From an uncultured Lactobacillus sp. (GTDB lineage Bacteria > Bacillota > Bacilli > Lactobacillales > Lactobacillaceae): a stretch of DNA of 64,000 nucleotides. Each line of letters opens with the position of its first letter. Position 1 is the first letter of the stretch. The notes below the pieces were generated by a model. It worked only from the letters and a program-made list of their open reading frames with translations, was not told the origin of the DNA and did no database searches. This document shows, piece by piece, positions 28,530-37,605 of this stretch. The stretch lies in assembly GCA_937874185.1 (NCBI GenBank), contig CALNAK010000035.1:52019-116018 (forward strand). Direction: 5' to 3'. The position numbers were made by a program, and so were the translations under genes.

Positions 28530-28668
28530 GCCTGACTAGTAAAGAGTAAAAGAACAGGAAAAAATACGTTCAGTTTCCAAGCATTAACGTAAAAATTCCG
28601 ATAACTCGATTTTGAGTTACCGGAATTTTTTGATCAAGCAAAGCGGAACTGTTTTTTTCCGCGTTTAG
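28530..28668 (-). repeat. Family-A long imperfect palindrome, copy A2 (inverted relative to A1)
   Basis: ..ACGTTCAGTTTCCAAGCATTAACGTAAAAATTCCGATAACTC-gatttt-GAGTTACCGGAATTTTTTGATCAAGCAAAGCGGAACTG... The outer arm abuts the stop codon of the 28665..29513 gene. Confidence 0.8.
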
Positions 28669-29513
28669 TCTTTGTTATCTTCTTCATCTTTAGTAGTTGC
28701 TTCATCAAACTTAATAACCATTTCAGCAACTTCTTTTGGTTCTTCCATCATAGCCAAGTGACCAGCACCCTTGATATCTTCAACAGTCAAATCGGGAACA
28801 CGGCCAATAGTTGCTTTCGCATCTTTGATACCTGCTTCTCCCAAAATTTGATCACCGTCAGAATACAATGCCAAAGTAGGAATCTTAACAGCACGTAGAC
28901 GTTTATTCAGGAATTTCTCACCTAAATAATCAGTCGACATCTTTTGAAGTTTCTTAGCAATCTTGTGGTCGACGGCATTAGCTGCTTCATCAACCACCTT
29001 AGGATTAGCTAATTTACTACGATCGAATTTCTTATCAAAATACATTCCAGCTTTAACTGGTGATTTTGCCAGCTTACCAAATAAAGGAATACTTGCGACA
29101 GACGAAGAAGCGTCCATATCAGCGTACTTGTCCGTAGCAGGTGTATTTAATAAGATCATCTTAGAAATCGTGAAACCACGCAATTCTGCCATGTTCACAG
29201 CAATTAAGCCACCGACACCAGCGCCAAAGATAATTAGTTGATTAGTTATCTTTAGACGAGCGATAGCCTCAAGCAAATTCCAGGCTTCAGAATCAATCGT
29301 ATATTGATCATTTTTAGATTTACTAGATTTGCCTTGACCCATTGGATCAAGCGCAACAACTGTATATTTGTCTTTTAAATAGGGAATCATTTCATTGAAA
29401 TACTCAATTGAACCGTTAATACCAGGAACAAGCACAATGATTTTTTCATTATTGATTGAACCGATTAGGTTTGTATTTACATTACCCTCAGACGTAGATA
29501 ATATTTTTTCCAA
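28665..29513 (-). CDS. Alpha/beta-hydrolase fold protein lacking the nucleophile Ser (GAGVG instead of GxSxG)
   Basis: 282 aa, TTG start after AAGAGG. The fold landmarks align: LVPGINGS, ALDPMGQGKS, IIFGAGVGGLIA (nucleophile elbow), SDGDQIL, GAGHLAMMEEP. Confidence 0.7.
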   Translation of the reverse strand: MEKILSTSEGNVNTNLIGSINNEKIIVLVPGINGSIEYFNEMIPYLKDKYTVVALDPMGQGKSSKSKNDQYTIDSEAWNLLEAIARLKITNQLIIFGAGVGGLIAVNMAELRGFTISKMILLNTPATDKYADMDASSSVASIPLFGKLAKSPVKAGMYFDKKFDRSKLANPKVVDEAANAVDHKIAKKLQKMSTDYLGEKFLNKRLRAVKIPTLALYSDGDQILGEAGIKDAKATIGRVPDLTVEDIKGAGHLAMMEEPKEVAEMVIKFDEATTKDEEDNKD

Positions 29514-29651
29514 ATTATTCTGCCTCTTTAATTTTGTCTCTTATATAAAAAATATACCTAACTTGTGAAGATTTTGCATGGATTATAGCAATTTTAACTT
29601 ATTTTTATTTAATTAACATAATTTGTTGACAATTTACTGAAAATGCATTAG

Positions 29652-29667
29652 ATTGGACTAGACCAGA
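29652..29667. promoter_or_regulatory. dre-like (NagR/DasR, GntR-HutC family) operator overlapping the nagB promoter
   Basis: ATTGGACTAGACCAGA is a near-palindrome (TGGACT/AGACCA). It lies immediately after TTGACA (29626-29631), 17 nt, TAGATT (29649-29654). Confidence 0.5.
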
Positions 29668-29693
29668 TAAATAGAGATGGGAGATTTTTGAAG

Positions 29694-30398
29694 ATGAATA
29701 TTATCAAAGTTAAAGATACACAAATGGGTGGTAAGGAAGCCTTTAACCTAATCAAGGCTGACATTGAAAACGGTGCTAAGGTTCTTGGTTTAGCTACAGG
29801 TAGTAGCCCAATCACACTTTACAACGAAATGACAAGTAGCGATATTGATTTCTCAAACATGACATCAGTTAACTTGGATGAATATGTTGGTTTGAAAGCT
29901 GATAATGAACAAAGTTACCACTACTTCATGAATGAACATCTATTTAGCAAGAAACCATTCAAGAATTCATACGTTCCTGATGGTTCAAATCTTGACGCCG
30001 ACGCTGCAACAAAGGCTTACGACAAGATTATTGACGACAACCCTATCGACTTACAAGTTCTTGGTATCGGTAGAAATGGTCACATTGGTTTTAACGAACC
30101 AGGTTCACCTTTAGATGGAACAACAAGAAAAGTTGGTTTGACAGAATCAACAATCGAAGCTAACACACGTTTCTTCGCTGACGAAAAAGATGTCCCACGT
30201 TTTGCTTACTCAATGGGTATCGGCTCAATCATGAAAGCTAAGAAGATCGTTCTTCTAGCTTATGGTGAAAACAAAGCTGATGCTATTGCCGCAACTGTTG
30301 ATGGTCCTGTTACAGAAGACTGCCCAGCAAGTGCATTACAAAATCACCCTGATGTAACTCTTATTATTGACGATGCTGCTGCATCAAAACTTAAATAA
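29694..30398 (+). CDS. nagB: Glucosamine-6-phosphate deaminase
   Basis: MNIIKVKD.., GLATGSSP and [14 protein letters not shown] motifs. A TTG at 29688 is an alternative start. Confidence 0.9.
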   Translation: MNIIKVKDTQMGGKEAFNLIKADIENGAKVLGLATGSSPITLYNEMTSSDIDFSNMTSVNLDEYVGLKADNEQSYHYFMNEHLFSKKPFKNSYVPDGSNLDADAATKAYDKIIDDNPIDLQVLGIGRNGHIGFNEPGSPLDGTTRKVGLTESTIEANTRFFADEKDVPRFAYSMGIGSIMKAKKIVLLAYGENKADAIAATVDGPVTEDCPASALQNHPDVTLIIDDAAASKLK

Positions 30399-30519
30399 TT
30401 AATTTATAAATAAATATTAGTAGCCTTTTAAAAGAATTATATTCTTTTAGAAGGCTATTTTTTGTTGACAACTTACGCCTAAAACCAGTAATCTTGTAAG
30501 GTTATTTAGGATGGTATAT

Positions 30520-31893
30520 ATGAAAGAAAAATTATTTAAAAAAGCAGATTTTAACGAATTCGTAGCCGGTGATTCGCATTTTGAAAAGGTACTTGGTCGA
30601 GGTAATTTGATCTCGATGGGTATCGGTGCAATTATCGGAACAGGAATATTTATTTTACCCGGAATTGTTGCCTATGGTACAGCAGGTCCCGGTATTACAA
30701 TATCCTTTATTTTAGCAGCCATTGTTTGTATTCTAACGGCAATGTGTTTTGCGGAGCTATCTTCAACTTTCCCAGTTGCTGGTAGTACATACTCATACGG
30801 AAGTATTATCTTCGGACAATTTCCCGGTTGGTTGATTGGATGGGCCTTGTGTTTGGAATACGTACTTGGTGTTTCAGCCGTATCATCTGGTTTCTCAGCT
30901 TATTTTGTCAGTCTCTTTAATAGCTTTGGGATTGAGTTGCCAAAGGCTCTGACAGGCCCATTAAGTCCGTCTAATGGAACCTTTATCAATTTACCCGCGG
31001 TTATTGTTTTAATCTTGATTTACCTATTGTTAAGACGTGGGATTCAAGCTTCAACTCGAATGAACACCGTCATGGTTTTTGTCAAAATTGCCGTTGTAGT
31101 AGCGTTCATCGTAATTGGTTTGTTCTACATCAAGCCTTCAAACTACCGACCATATTTTCCAATGGGTGGACTTGGAGTAGTTAAAGGTGCGGCCTTAGTT
31201 TTCTTCGCCTACTTAGGATTTGACGTAATTCCGTCATCCGCTCCTGAAGTGAAGAACCCTCAAAAGAACATCCCCATCGCCATTATGGTTTCTCTAGCAG
31301 TCTGTGCAATTCTCTACGTGATTTTATCAGCCGTTCTAACTGGAATGGTTAATTACAAAAATCTCAACGTATCAGATCCAGTCGTCTTCGCACTCCAAAG
31401 TGTTGGTTTGAGTAAAGCCACATTCTTGATCAGTATCGGAGCTTTGGCCGGAATGTTCACCATGATGCTCAACACCATTTACGGTGGTTCACGCTTGATT
31501 TATGCCTTAGGACGCGACAGAATGATTCCCGATGCCTTCGGAAAAATCGACCCCAAAGCCAAGATGCCAATTCTTTCGTTAAATACGATTGCCCTCTTAG
31601 CAGTTTTGTTAGGTGGTTTCGTGTCCTTGAAAGAGTTGACCAGTTTGGTAAACATCGGAACCTTAGTTTCCTTTGCTTTCGTGGCCTATGGGATAATCAA
31701 ATTGAGACATATGGAGAATACACCAAAAAGTGAGTTCAAAGTACCCTTCTATCCTTGGCTACCTGCAATTTCAGTTATCTTGTGTGTTATCTTGATGACT
31801 CAAGTTCCACTTAATTCTTGGATTGCCTTTATTGGTTGGTTCGCAATTGGTATTGTAATTTACTTTGCTTATGGATATCGAAAAGTTAATTAA
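30520..31893 (+). CDS. APC-family amino acid permease
   Basis: About 457 aa with about 12 TM segments and an N-terminal ..MGIGAIIGTGIFILPG.. motif. Confidence 0.85.
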   Translation: MKEKLFKKADFNEFVAGDSHFEKVLGRGNLISMGIGAIIGTGIFILPGIVAYGTAGPGITISFILAAIVCILTAMCFAELSSTFPVAGSTYSYGSIIFGQFPGWLIGWALCLEYVLGVSAVSSGFSAYFVSLFNSFGIELPKALTGPLSPSNGTFINLPAVIVLILIYLLLRRGIQASTRMNTVMVFVKIAVVVAFIVIGLFYIKPSNYRPYFPMGGLGVVKGAALVFFAYLGFDVIPSSAPEVKNPQKNIPIAIMVSLAVCAILYVILSAVLTGMVNYKNLNVSDPVVFALQSVGLSKATFLISIGALAGMFTMMLNTIYGGSRLIYALGRDRMIPDAFGKIDPKAKMPILSLNTIALLAVLLGGFVSLKELTSLVNIGTLVSFAFVAYGIIKLRHMENTPKSEFKVPFYPWLPAISVILCVILMTQVPLNSWIAFIGWFAIGIVIYFAYGYRKVN

Positions 31894-31899
31894 AACCCG

Positions 31900-31945
31900 A
31901 AATAACCAGTTCGTCGTACATCACGACGAACTGGTTATTTTTTAT
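31900..31945. terminator. Bidirectional terminator (permease / LacI regulator)
   Basis: AAATAACCAGTTCGTCGT-acatc-ACGACGAACTGGTTATTT followed by TTTT. Confidence 0.85.
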
Positions 31946-32910
31946 GTCGTTTCCCTAACAATCAACTCTGTCTTCAAAAATAAATGATTTTGATTTCCAT
32001 CACTGGTACGTAGCAAATCAATTGCGGAATATCCTTCTTGAAATTTTGGTTGATTAATTGTCGTTAAAGCTGGATTCAAAATTTTTGACAATATTGTATT
32101 ATCAAATCCAATTACGGCAATATCCTCTGGTATTTTTAAATTATATTTCTTTGCTACCGATATTACAGCTGCACCTAAAGTATCAGAAATACAGAAAAAG
32201 GCATCTGGATGGTGTCTCGAGCTAAGCATCTGGGCAACAATTGGATAAGCAATATCGTAACTTATGGAAGGTAATGAAATATCCCATTCTTTTCTGTACT
32301 CAATTTCATTTTCAGATAATGCCTTCTTAAATCCTCGTTCTCGTTCCTTTGAATATTTAAACGAATTAGGCCCATTTAATATTGATATACGATCTTTCCC
32401 TGAGTCAATTAGTTGTTGAGTTGCCAGTCTCGATGCTGCAAAGTCATCTACTGAAACTGATGGCAAATTTGATTCAATATTATATTCACAACACTGAACG
32501 ACCCTTGTAATTTTAGATAATTTCTTCAATAAATAAGTTGGTAACTGATTAAGAAGGATTAACCCATATACATTTAACTGATCAATAAAGGCAGTGAAGT
32601 CGTCTGCAGTTGTCTCATTAATCTCAGTTTGATCAACCAGAAGTTGGAAGCCAGCTGCATTTGCGGCAGCCTTAGCTCCTTCAATAATCTCAGTATAAAA
32701 AAGATTACTCAACTCTGGAACATTGATTATAATCAACCGACTATTTCTTTCATTCTTTTTCTTGCCAAATCCTAATGAATTTATAGCAGCGTCTACTTTA
32801 TCAGCAGTATAAATATTCACAGTTGACCTATGATTTAAAACTCTTGATACCGTTGATGGTGACACATTAGCTAATTTTGCCACATCGTATGCATTAATTT
32901 TTTTATTCAT
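31942..32910 (-). CDS. LacI/GalR family transcriptional regulator
   Basis: N-terminal HTH (INAYDVAKLANVSPSTVSRVLN) plus a periplasmic-binding-like domain. It is divergent from the 33137 operon. Confidence 0.9.
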   Translation of the reverse strand: MNKKINAYDVAKLANVSPSTVSRVLNHRSTVNIYTADKVDAAINSLGFGKKKNERNSRLIIINVPELSNLFYTEIIEGAKAAANAAGFQLLVDQTEINETTADDFTAFIDQLNVYGLILLNQLPTYLLKKLSKITRVVQCCEYNIESNLPSVSVDDFAASRLATQQLIDSGKDRISILNGPNSFKYSKERERGFKKALSENEIEYRKEWDISLPSISYDIAYPIVAQMLSSRHHPDAFFCISDTLGAAVISVAKKYNLKIPEDIAVIGFDNTILSKILNPALTTINQPKFQEGYSAIDLLRTSDGNQNHLFLKTELIVRETT

Positions 32911-33074
32911 TTGACCCCCCTATACCATCAAAAATATTGCAAATTATTTCATAAGTTAAGTATACAATTCTGATACATTTATCATTAATCTAACCAATAA
33001 TGTCGGCATAGTAACATACTTATATACTCTAATCTCTCTATGAAATATTTCAGATAATATAAGTTTAATTGAAA

Positions 33075-33110
33075 TGTAAGCGTTTGTAAAATATGCTTAC
33101 AAACGTTATA
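33075..33110. promoter_or_regulatory. Interleaved LacI-type operator palindromes upstream of the oxidoreductase operon
   Basis: In TGTAAGCGTTTGTAAAATATGCTTACAAACGTTATA, TGTAAGC pairs with GCTTACA and CGTTTGTAA pairs with TTACAAACG. The first half resembles cre/LacI-family sites (TGTAAGCG..). Confidence 0.5.
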
Positions 33111-33136
33111 AAGATTTAATTTCGGAGGGAAAGTAA

Positions 33137-34186
33137 ATGGATAACAAAATAATTAATATCGGAATTATCGGTTGTGGTAGAATCGCTCAAACTCGCCACA
33201 TCCCTGAATACAATTCTAATAAGAATGTCCACATTAGTGGTTATTACGATTTTAACAACGAACGTGCAAAGGAAATCGCAAGTAAGTTTGGTGGAAACGT
33301 TTATGAAAGTGTTGACGCCTTATTAGCTGATGATGATATAGACGCCGTTAGTGTCTGTGTAGCCAATTCAGACCACGCTTCAATCACAATTAAAGCCTTA
33401 AAAGCCGGTAAAAACGTTCTTTGTGAAAAGCCAATGGCAACAAGTCTTGAAGATTGTGAAGAAATGGTTGCAACCGCAAATAAATACGGAAAAACTTTAA
33501 TGATTGATCAAAATCAAAGATTTGCGAAGGCTCACATTCGTGCTAAGAAAATCATTGCTGATGGAGTAATCGGAAATGTTCTAACCTTCAAATCAACTTT
33601 CGGTCATGGTGGTCCTGAAACATGGAGTGTTGACGGTGGATCAAACACTTGGTTCTTTGATAAGAATCGTTCAAAGTATGGTGCCATCTTTGACTTAGGT
33701 GTTCATAAAATAGATTTAGTTCAATACCTAGTCGACAGTTCCGTAACATCAGTTTCCGCTAAATTAGCAACCTTAGACAAGAGAAATTCTAATGGTGAAT
33801 TAATCGGTGTTGATGATAATGCTATTAGTATCTATGAACTTAATAACGGCGTTATAGGAACTGTTACTTCTAGTTGGACATATTACGGTCAAGAAGATAA
33901 CTCAACAATCATTTATGGAACCAAGGGAATAATGAAAATTTATGATGATCCTAAGTATTCAATCAAAGTGATTTTGAAAACTGGTGAAGAAATTTTATAT
34001 AACATCGACAAAATTCAAACAAATGACAATCAAACTAAATCAGGTGTTATGGACGAATTCGTATCAGCTCTAATTGAAAATAGAACTCCTATTTCTTCTG
34101 CAGAATCCGTTTTGAACTCAATGCGTGCTGTATTTGCCAGTGTTAAATCAAATGAACTTGGTAAAAAAGTTTTAATAGACAAATAA
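33137..34186 (+). CDS. Gfo/Idh/MocA family NAD(P)-dependent sugar oxidoreductase
   Basis: Rossmann N-terminus IGIIGCGRIAQTRHIPEY and the EKP motif (LCEKPMA). Confidence 0.85.
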   Translation: MDNKIINIGIIGCGRIAQTRHIPEYNSNKNVHISGYYDFNNERAKEIASKFGGNVYESVDALLADDDIDAVSVCVANSDHASITIKALKAGKNVLCEKPMATSLEDCEEMVATANKYGKTLMIDQNQRFAKAHIRAKKIIADGVIGNVLTFKSTFGHGGPETWSVDGGSNTWFFDKNRSKYGAIFDLGVHKIDLVQYLVDSSVTSVSAKLATLDKRNSNGELIGVDDNAISIYELNNGVIGTVTSSWTYYGQEDNSTIIYGTKGIMKIYDDPKYSIKVILKTGEEILYNIDKIQTNDNQTKSGVMDEFVSALIENRTPISSAESVLNSMRAVFASVKSNELGKKVLIDK

Positions 34187-34211
34187 TTTATAAATTAAGG
34201 GGATATTTATT

Positions 34212-35165
34212 ATGGCTATTTTAATTGCTCTCATACCTTCACTCTGTTGGGGATCAATCGGATTATTTTCTACCAAGTTTGGTGGTAATTCTTCTCAACA
34301 AACTTTAGGATTAACCTTTGGTGGTTTGATCTTTGGAATTTTAACGTACTTTTTCTGGGTACTTCCTCATGGTTATGTTATGAATGGAAAAATTATATTA
34401 ATCGGTCTAATTTCAGGTATTCTTTGGACTGTCGGTCAAGGTTTCCAATTTGTGGCTATTAAGTCCATGGGGGTTTCCCGTGCTGTTCCTCTATCAATGA
34501 CCAGTCAAATTGTCGGTAATGCTTTGTTAGGTGCCGCCATTCTTGGAGAATGGAAAAACATTCAAACTTGGACTGCTGGTATTGTTGGTATCATCCTAAT
34601 TGTTATTGGTGCAATTTGGATTCAAACTAAGGAAAAATCTAGTAAAGATGATTCTTCTAAAAAATCATCTGCTAGTGGTTACATTCCATTGACCTTTTCA
34701 ACATTAGGATTCATGGGTTATTTCATTGCTCCAAAATTATTACAACAATGGTTAAACGTATCTACTTCAGTAATCAATGCTGATCATGGCGTTCAATACA
34801 TGATTTCAATTATCTTTCCACAATCAGTAGGTATGGTAATTGGTGGTTTCTTATTCGTTTATTTAATTACACATGAAACTAAAAACATGTTCTCTGCATC
34901 AACATATAAAAACTGTATTACTGGATTTATTTGGGCAATTGGTAACGTTGCTTTATTCGTATCAATCGCTAATCCAAACCTTGGCCAAGCAGTTTCATCT
35001 ACACTTAGCTCATTAGGTTTCATTGTAGGTGCTTTCGGTGGTATCTTCATTTTGCATGAAACTAAAACTAGTCATCAAATGAAACTAATTACTGCTGGAA
35101 CTGCGATTGCTGTTCTTGGAGCCGTCGTTATGAGCAATCTAAGCTACTTTGCTCAATTACTTTAA
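34212..35165 (+). CDS. GRP-family sugar transporter (GlcU/RbsU-like, DMT superfamily)
   Basis: 317 aa, 10-TM type, with the N-terminus AILIALIPSLCWGSIGLFSTKFGG typical of GRP transporters. Confidence 0.75.
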   Translation: MAILIALIPSLCWGSIGLFSTKFGGNSSQQTLGLTFGGLIFGILTYFFWVLPHGYVMNGKIILIGLISGILWTVGQGFQFVAIKSMGVSRAVPLSMTSQIVGNALLGAAILGEWKNIQTWTAGIVGIILIVIGAIWIQTKEKSSKDDSSKKSSASGYIPLTFSTLGFMGYFIAPKLLQQWLNVSTSVINADHGVQYMISIIFPQSVGMVIGGFLFVYLITHETKNMFSASTYKNCITGFIWAIGNVALFVSIANPNLGQAVSSTLSSLGFIVGAFGGIFILHETKTSHQMKLITAGTAIAVLGAVVMSNLSYFAQLL

Positions 35166-35186
35166 TAAAATAGGAGCGTGTTTATT

Positions 35187-36125
35187 ATGAAATTTGGATT
35201 TTTAACAGGTTGTCTACAGAATATGACATTAGAGGAAAAAATGGCATATGCACATAAAGTTGGATTTGATGCACTAGATGTCTCATGTTGGCCTAGAGAA
35301 AACAGTCGTGACTTTTCTGGTAGTGATATTGATGTCGAGAATCTTACTGACGCAGATATCAAAGAAATAAAATCTAATCAAAAGAAATATAATATTACTT
35401 TCTCCAGCTTAGCCTACTATGACAACATGCTTGATTCAGACAAAGAAACCCGAGAAAAATATGCAAAACACCTAGAAGCTGTGATTATAGCTGCCGGAAA
35501 ATTAGGTACTCCTCTTGTGGGTTGTTTCATTGGTAAAGATCAAACTAAATCGTTAACAGAAAATTTTGATGAATATGAACAAATTTTTAATGGCTTTGTT
35601 GCTCTTGCCGAACAGAATAACGTCAAACTAATGATTGAAAATTGTCCAATGCCTGGTTGGCAAGAGGATGGTTTGCCTGGTACTATTTCGTACTCACCAG
35701 AGCTTTGGGATGAGATGTTCAAACGTATTCCTAGTAAGAGTATTGGATTAAACTTTGATCCCTCACATTTAGATTGGTTACATATTGATTATCTTCAAGC
35801 ATTACGTGACTATAAAGATAGAATTCTTCATATTGATGCTAAAGATATGATTGTTGATGATAAGAAATTCTCTTATTATGGAATCTATGGTAAAAAATTA
35901 AACAGAACTCAACCTGAAGATTTAGGATTCTGGACACCAGTTATTCCAGGATTAGGTGATATTAACTGGTCAGAATTTTATAATGTTATGCAAGAAATTG
36001 GTTTTGATGATTGCTTTAGTATTGAACATGAAGACCGTAGATTTGCAGCTAATAACGAGGAAATTGAAAAGGGATTAGAGTATTCATATAATCACTTAAA
36101 TCCTATTATTCACAATTTTAAATAA
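35187..36125 (+). CDS. Sugar phosphate isomerase/epimerase (xylose isomerase-like TIM barrel)
   Basis: MKFGFLTG.., MIENCP, FDPSHL, HIDAKD and SIEHED match the metal-binding TIM-barrel pattern. The start is ATG 35187, 10 nt after AGGAG. Confidence 0.8.
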   Translation: MKFGFLTGCLQNMTLEEKMAYAHKVGFDALDVSCWPRENSRDFSGSDIDVENLTDADIKEIKSNQKKYNITFSSLAYYDNMLDSDKETREKYAKHLEAVIIAAGKLGTPLVGCFIGKDQTKSLTENFDEYEQIFNGFVALAEQNNVKLMIENCPMPGWQEDGLPGTISYSPELWDEMFKRIPSKSIGLNFDPSHLDWLHIDYLQALRDYKDRILHIDAKDMIVDDKKFSYYGIYGKKLNRTQPEDLGFWTPVIPGLGDINWSEFYNVMQEIGFDDCFSIEHEDRRFAANNEEIEKGLEYSYNHLNPIIHNFK

Positions 36126-36133
36126 ACATAAAA

Positions 36134-36160
36134 AGCCTGAAAATTTTCAGGCTTTTTTTA
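36134..36160. terminator. Bidirectional terminator
   Basis: AGCCTGAAAATTTTCAGGCT flanked by AAAA and TTTTTTT. The stop of the convergent ClC-like gene lies inside it. Confidence 0.8.
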
Positions 36161-37346
36161 CGTTCAAATTAGGTAAATATTTATTTTTAAGATACAACAA
36201 TCCAGCCACCACAATAATAATTGGACTAAGTTTCAATGGAAAAAATAGTAAAATAAAAATTCCGGCTAAGATTGGGGACGATAATTCACTCATAATGGTT
36301 GTTGCGATAATTGCTACAACGAATAATTTATCAAAATTGGGGAAAATGGCTGCAACCGCAAATCCTTCTAACATTGCTGCGAAAGTGATTGGAAAAATAT
36401 CTCCTCCACGCCAATTCAATCGCAAACACCAAGCTAAAAATAGTAACTTTATCAAAGCCATAATCGTTAGATATAACGGTGACTTATTCGACCAGTCACC
36501 AATCAATAAATGAAGACTATGTTGCCCTGAGAACAATAGATCTGGTGCTAAATAGCTTACTAAGATTATTCCTGCAGCACCTAATAATACTCGTGTTAAC
36601 AACGTTGTATTTACTTTTTTCGTCAGCTTCAGAATAGTCTTATAGCAAATTTTACAGACAATTCCAAATACTATTCCCATTATCATTAAGACTGGTAACA
36701 TCCATAAATCCGTCAGTTTCCAATGTGATTGGCCTAACTTCAAGATAAAGGATGGTTGATCCGTTTCTCGTACTAACAGCGTAAACGCGAAAATTCCGTT
36801 AATTATAAAGACAAGATACAGCAGCTTTTTCCAACGAATTAATGCTGGAATTTTAACCGCTACGTCATCGTTATATGTCTGTCTATACTTAAAGGGATTT
36901 AGTAATCTGCTCAATGCAGTACTTAACGACAATTTTTTGAGTTCATCATATTGAAAATAGAAGTAGCGCAGATTGTCTGCTTGCCAAATGGACAATGAAA
37001 TAATTGCACTAAGCAAGGCTGCTTCGGGTCCAACTCCGGCTCCGAAGGTCAAGATGACTAAAGTTATCAGTAGATTTAAAAAGGTATCTTGATAATCAAT
37101 TGTTTGATTTTCTTTTAATTCAACTATCGAATCATGGGTCGTTTTTGGTAAATCTGGCCATCGTTTTAGTAGATAGTACAGTATTACACTTCCTACCACG
37201 ATTAAAATAGTCTGAATAATTTGGTTATGACTCGACCAAACTATTTCACTTAGTAAATTCTCTAGTATTAGGAAAACGGCGGCCACTATTCCTATTATCA
37301 TACTTAGGAATAATCCGTATATGACTAAATAAGTATGTTTTATCAT
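36147..37346 (-). CDS. ClC-family (voltage-gated chloride channel-like) membrane protein
   Basis: 399 aa polytopic protein. GAGVGPEAAL and RGGDIFPITF resemble the ClC selectivity motifs (GxEGP, GGxFxP). RBS AAAGGGGAA. Confidence 0.6.
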   Translation of the reverse strand: MIKHTYLVIYGLFLSMIIGIVAAVFLILENLLSEIVWSSHNQIIQTILIVVGSVILYYLLKRWPDLPKTTHDSIVELKENQTIDYQDTFLNLLITLVILTFGAGVGPEAALLSAIISLSIWQADNLRYFYFQYDELKKLSLSTALSRLLNPFKYRQTYNDDVAVKIPALIRWKKLLYLVFIINGIFAFTLLVRETDQPSFILKLGQSHWKLTDLWMLPVLMIMGIVFGIVCKICYKTILKLTKKVNTTLLTRVLLGAAGIILVSYLAPDLLFSGQHSLHLLIGDWSNKSPLYLTIMALIKLLFLAWCLRLNWRGGDIFPITFAAMLEGFAVAAIFPNFDKLFVVAIIATTIMSELSSPILAGIFILLFFPLKLSPIIIVVAGLLYLKNKYLPNLNVKKA

Positions 37347-37605
37347 TGGTTCCCCTTTTTAATTAATTAAGGAAATTATAACATGTTACTTTTTGAATAA
37401 TTAGTTGTGATTTGGTTATGGTAAATATATGTATAATGTGGAAATTAATAGGGAGTACTTAACGTATTTTTCGTTAGGTACTCCCTGGTTTTTGGTTTGA
37501 TTTGTTTTATCTATATTAATACATAGAATATAAAAAATGGAATGCCGTTGACTTTCAGTCAACCCCATAAGTCCCTCTAAACGACCATAGGTCGTAAGAG
37601 GGACT

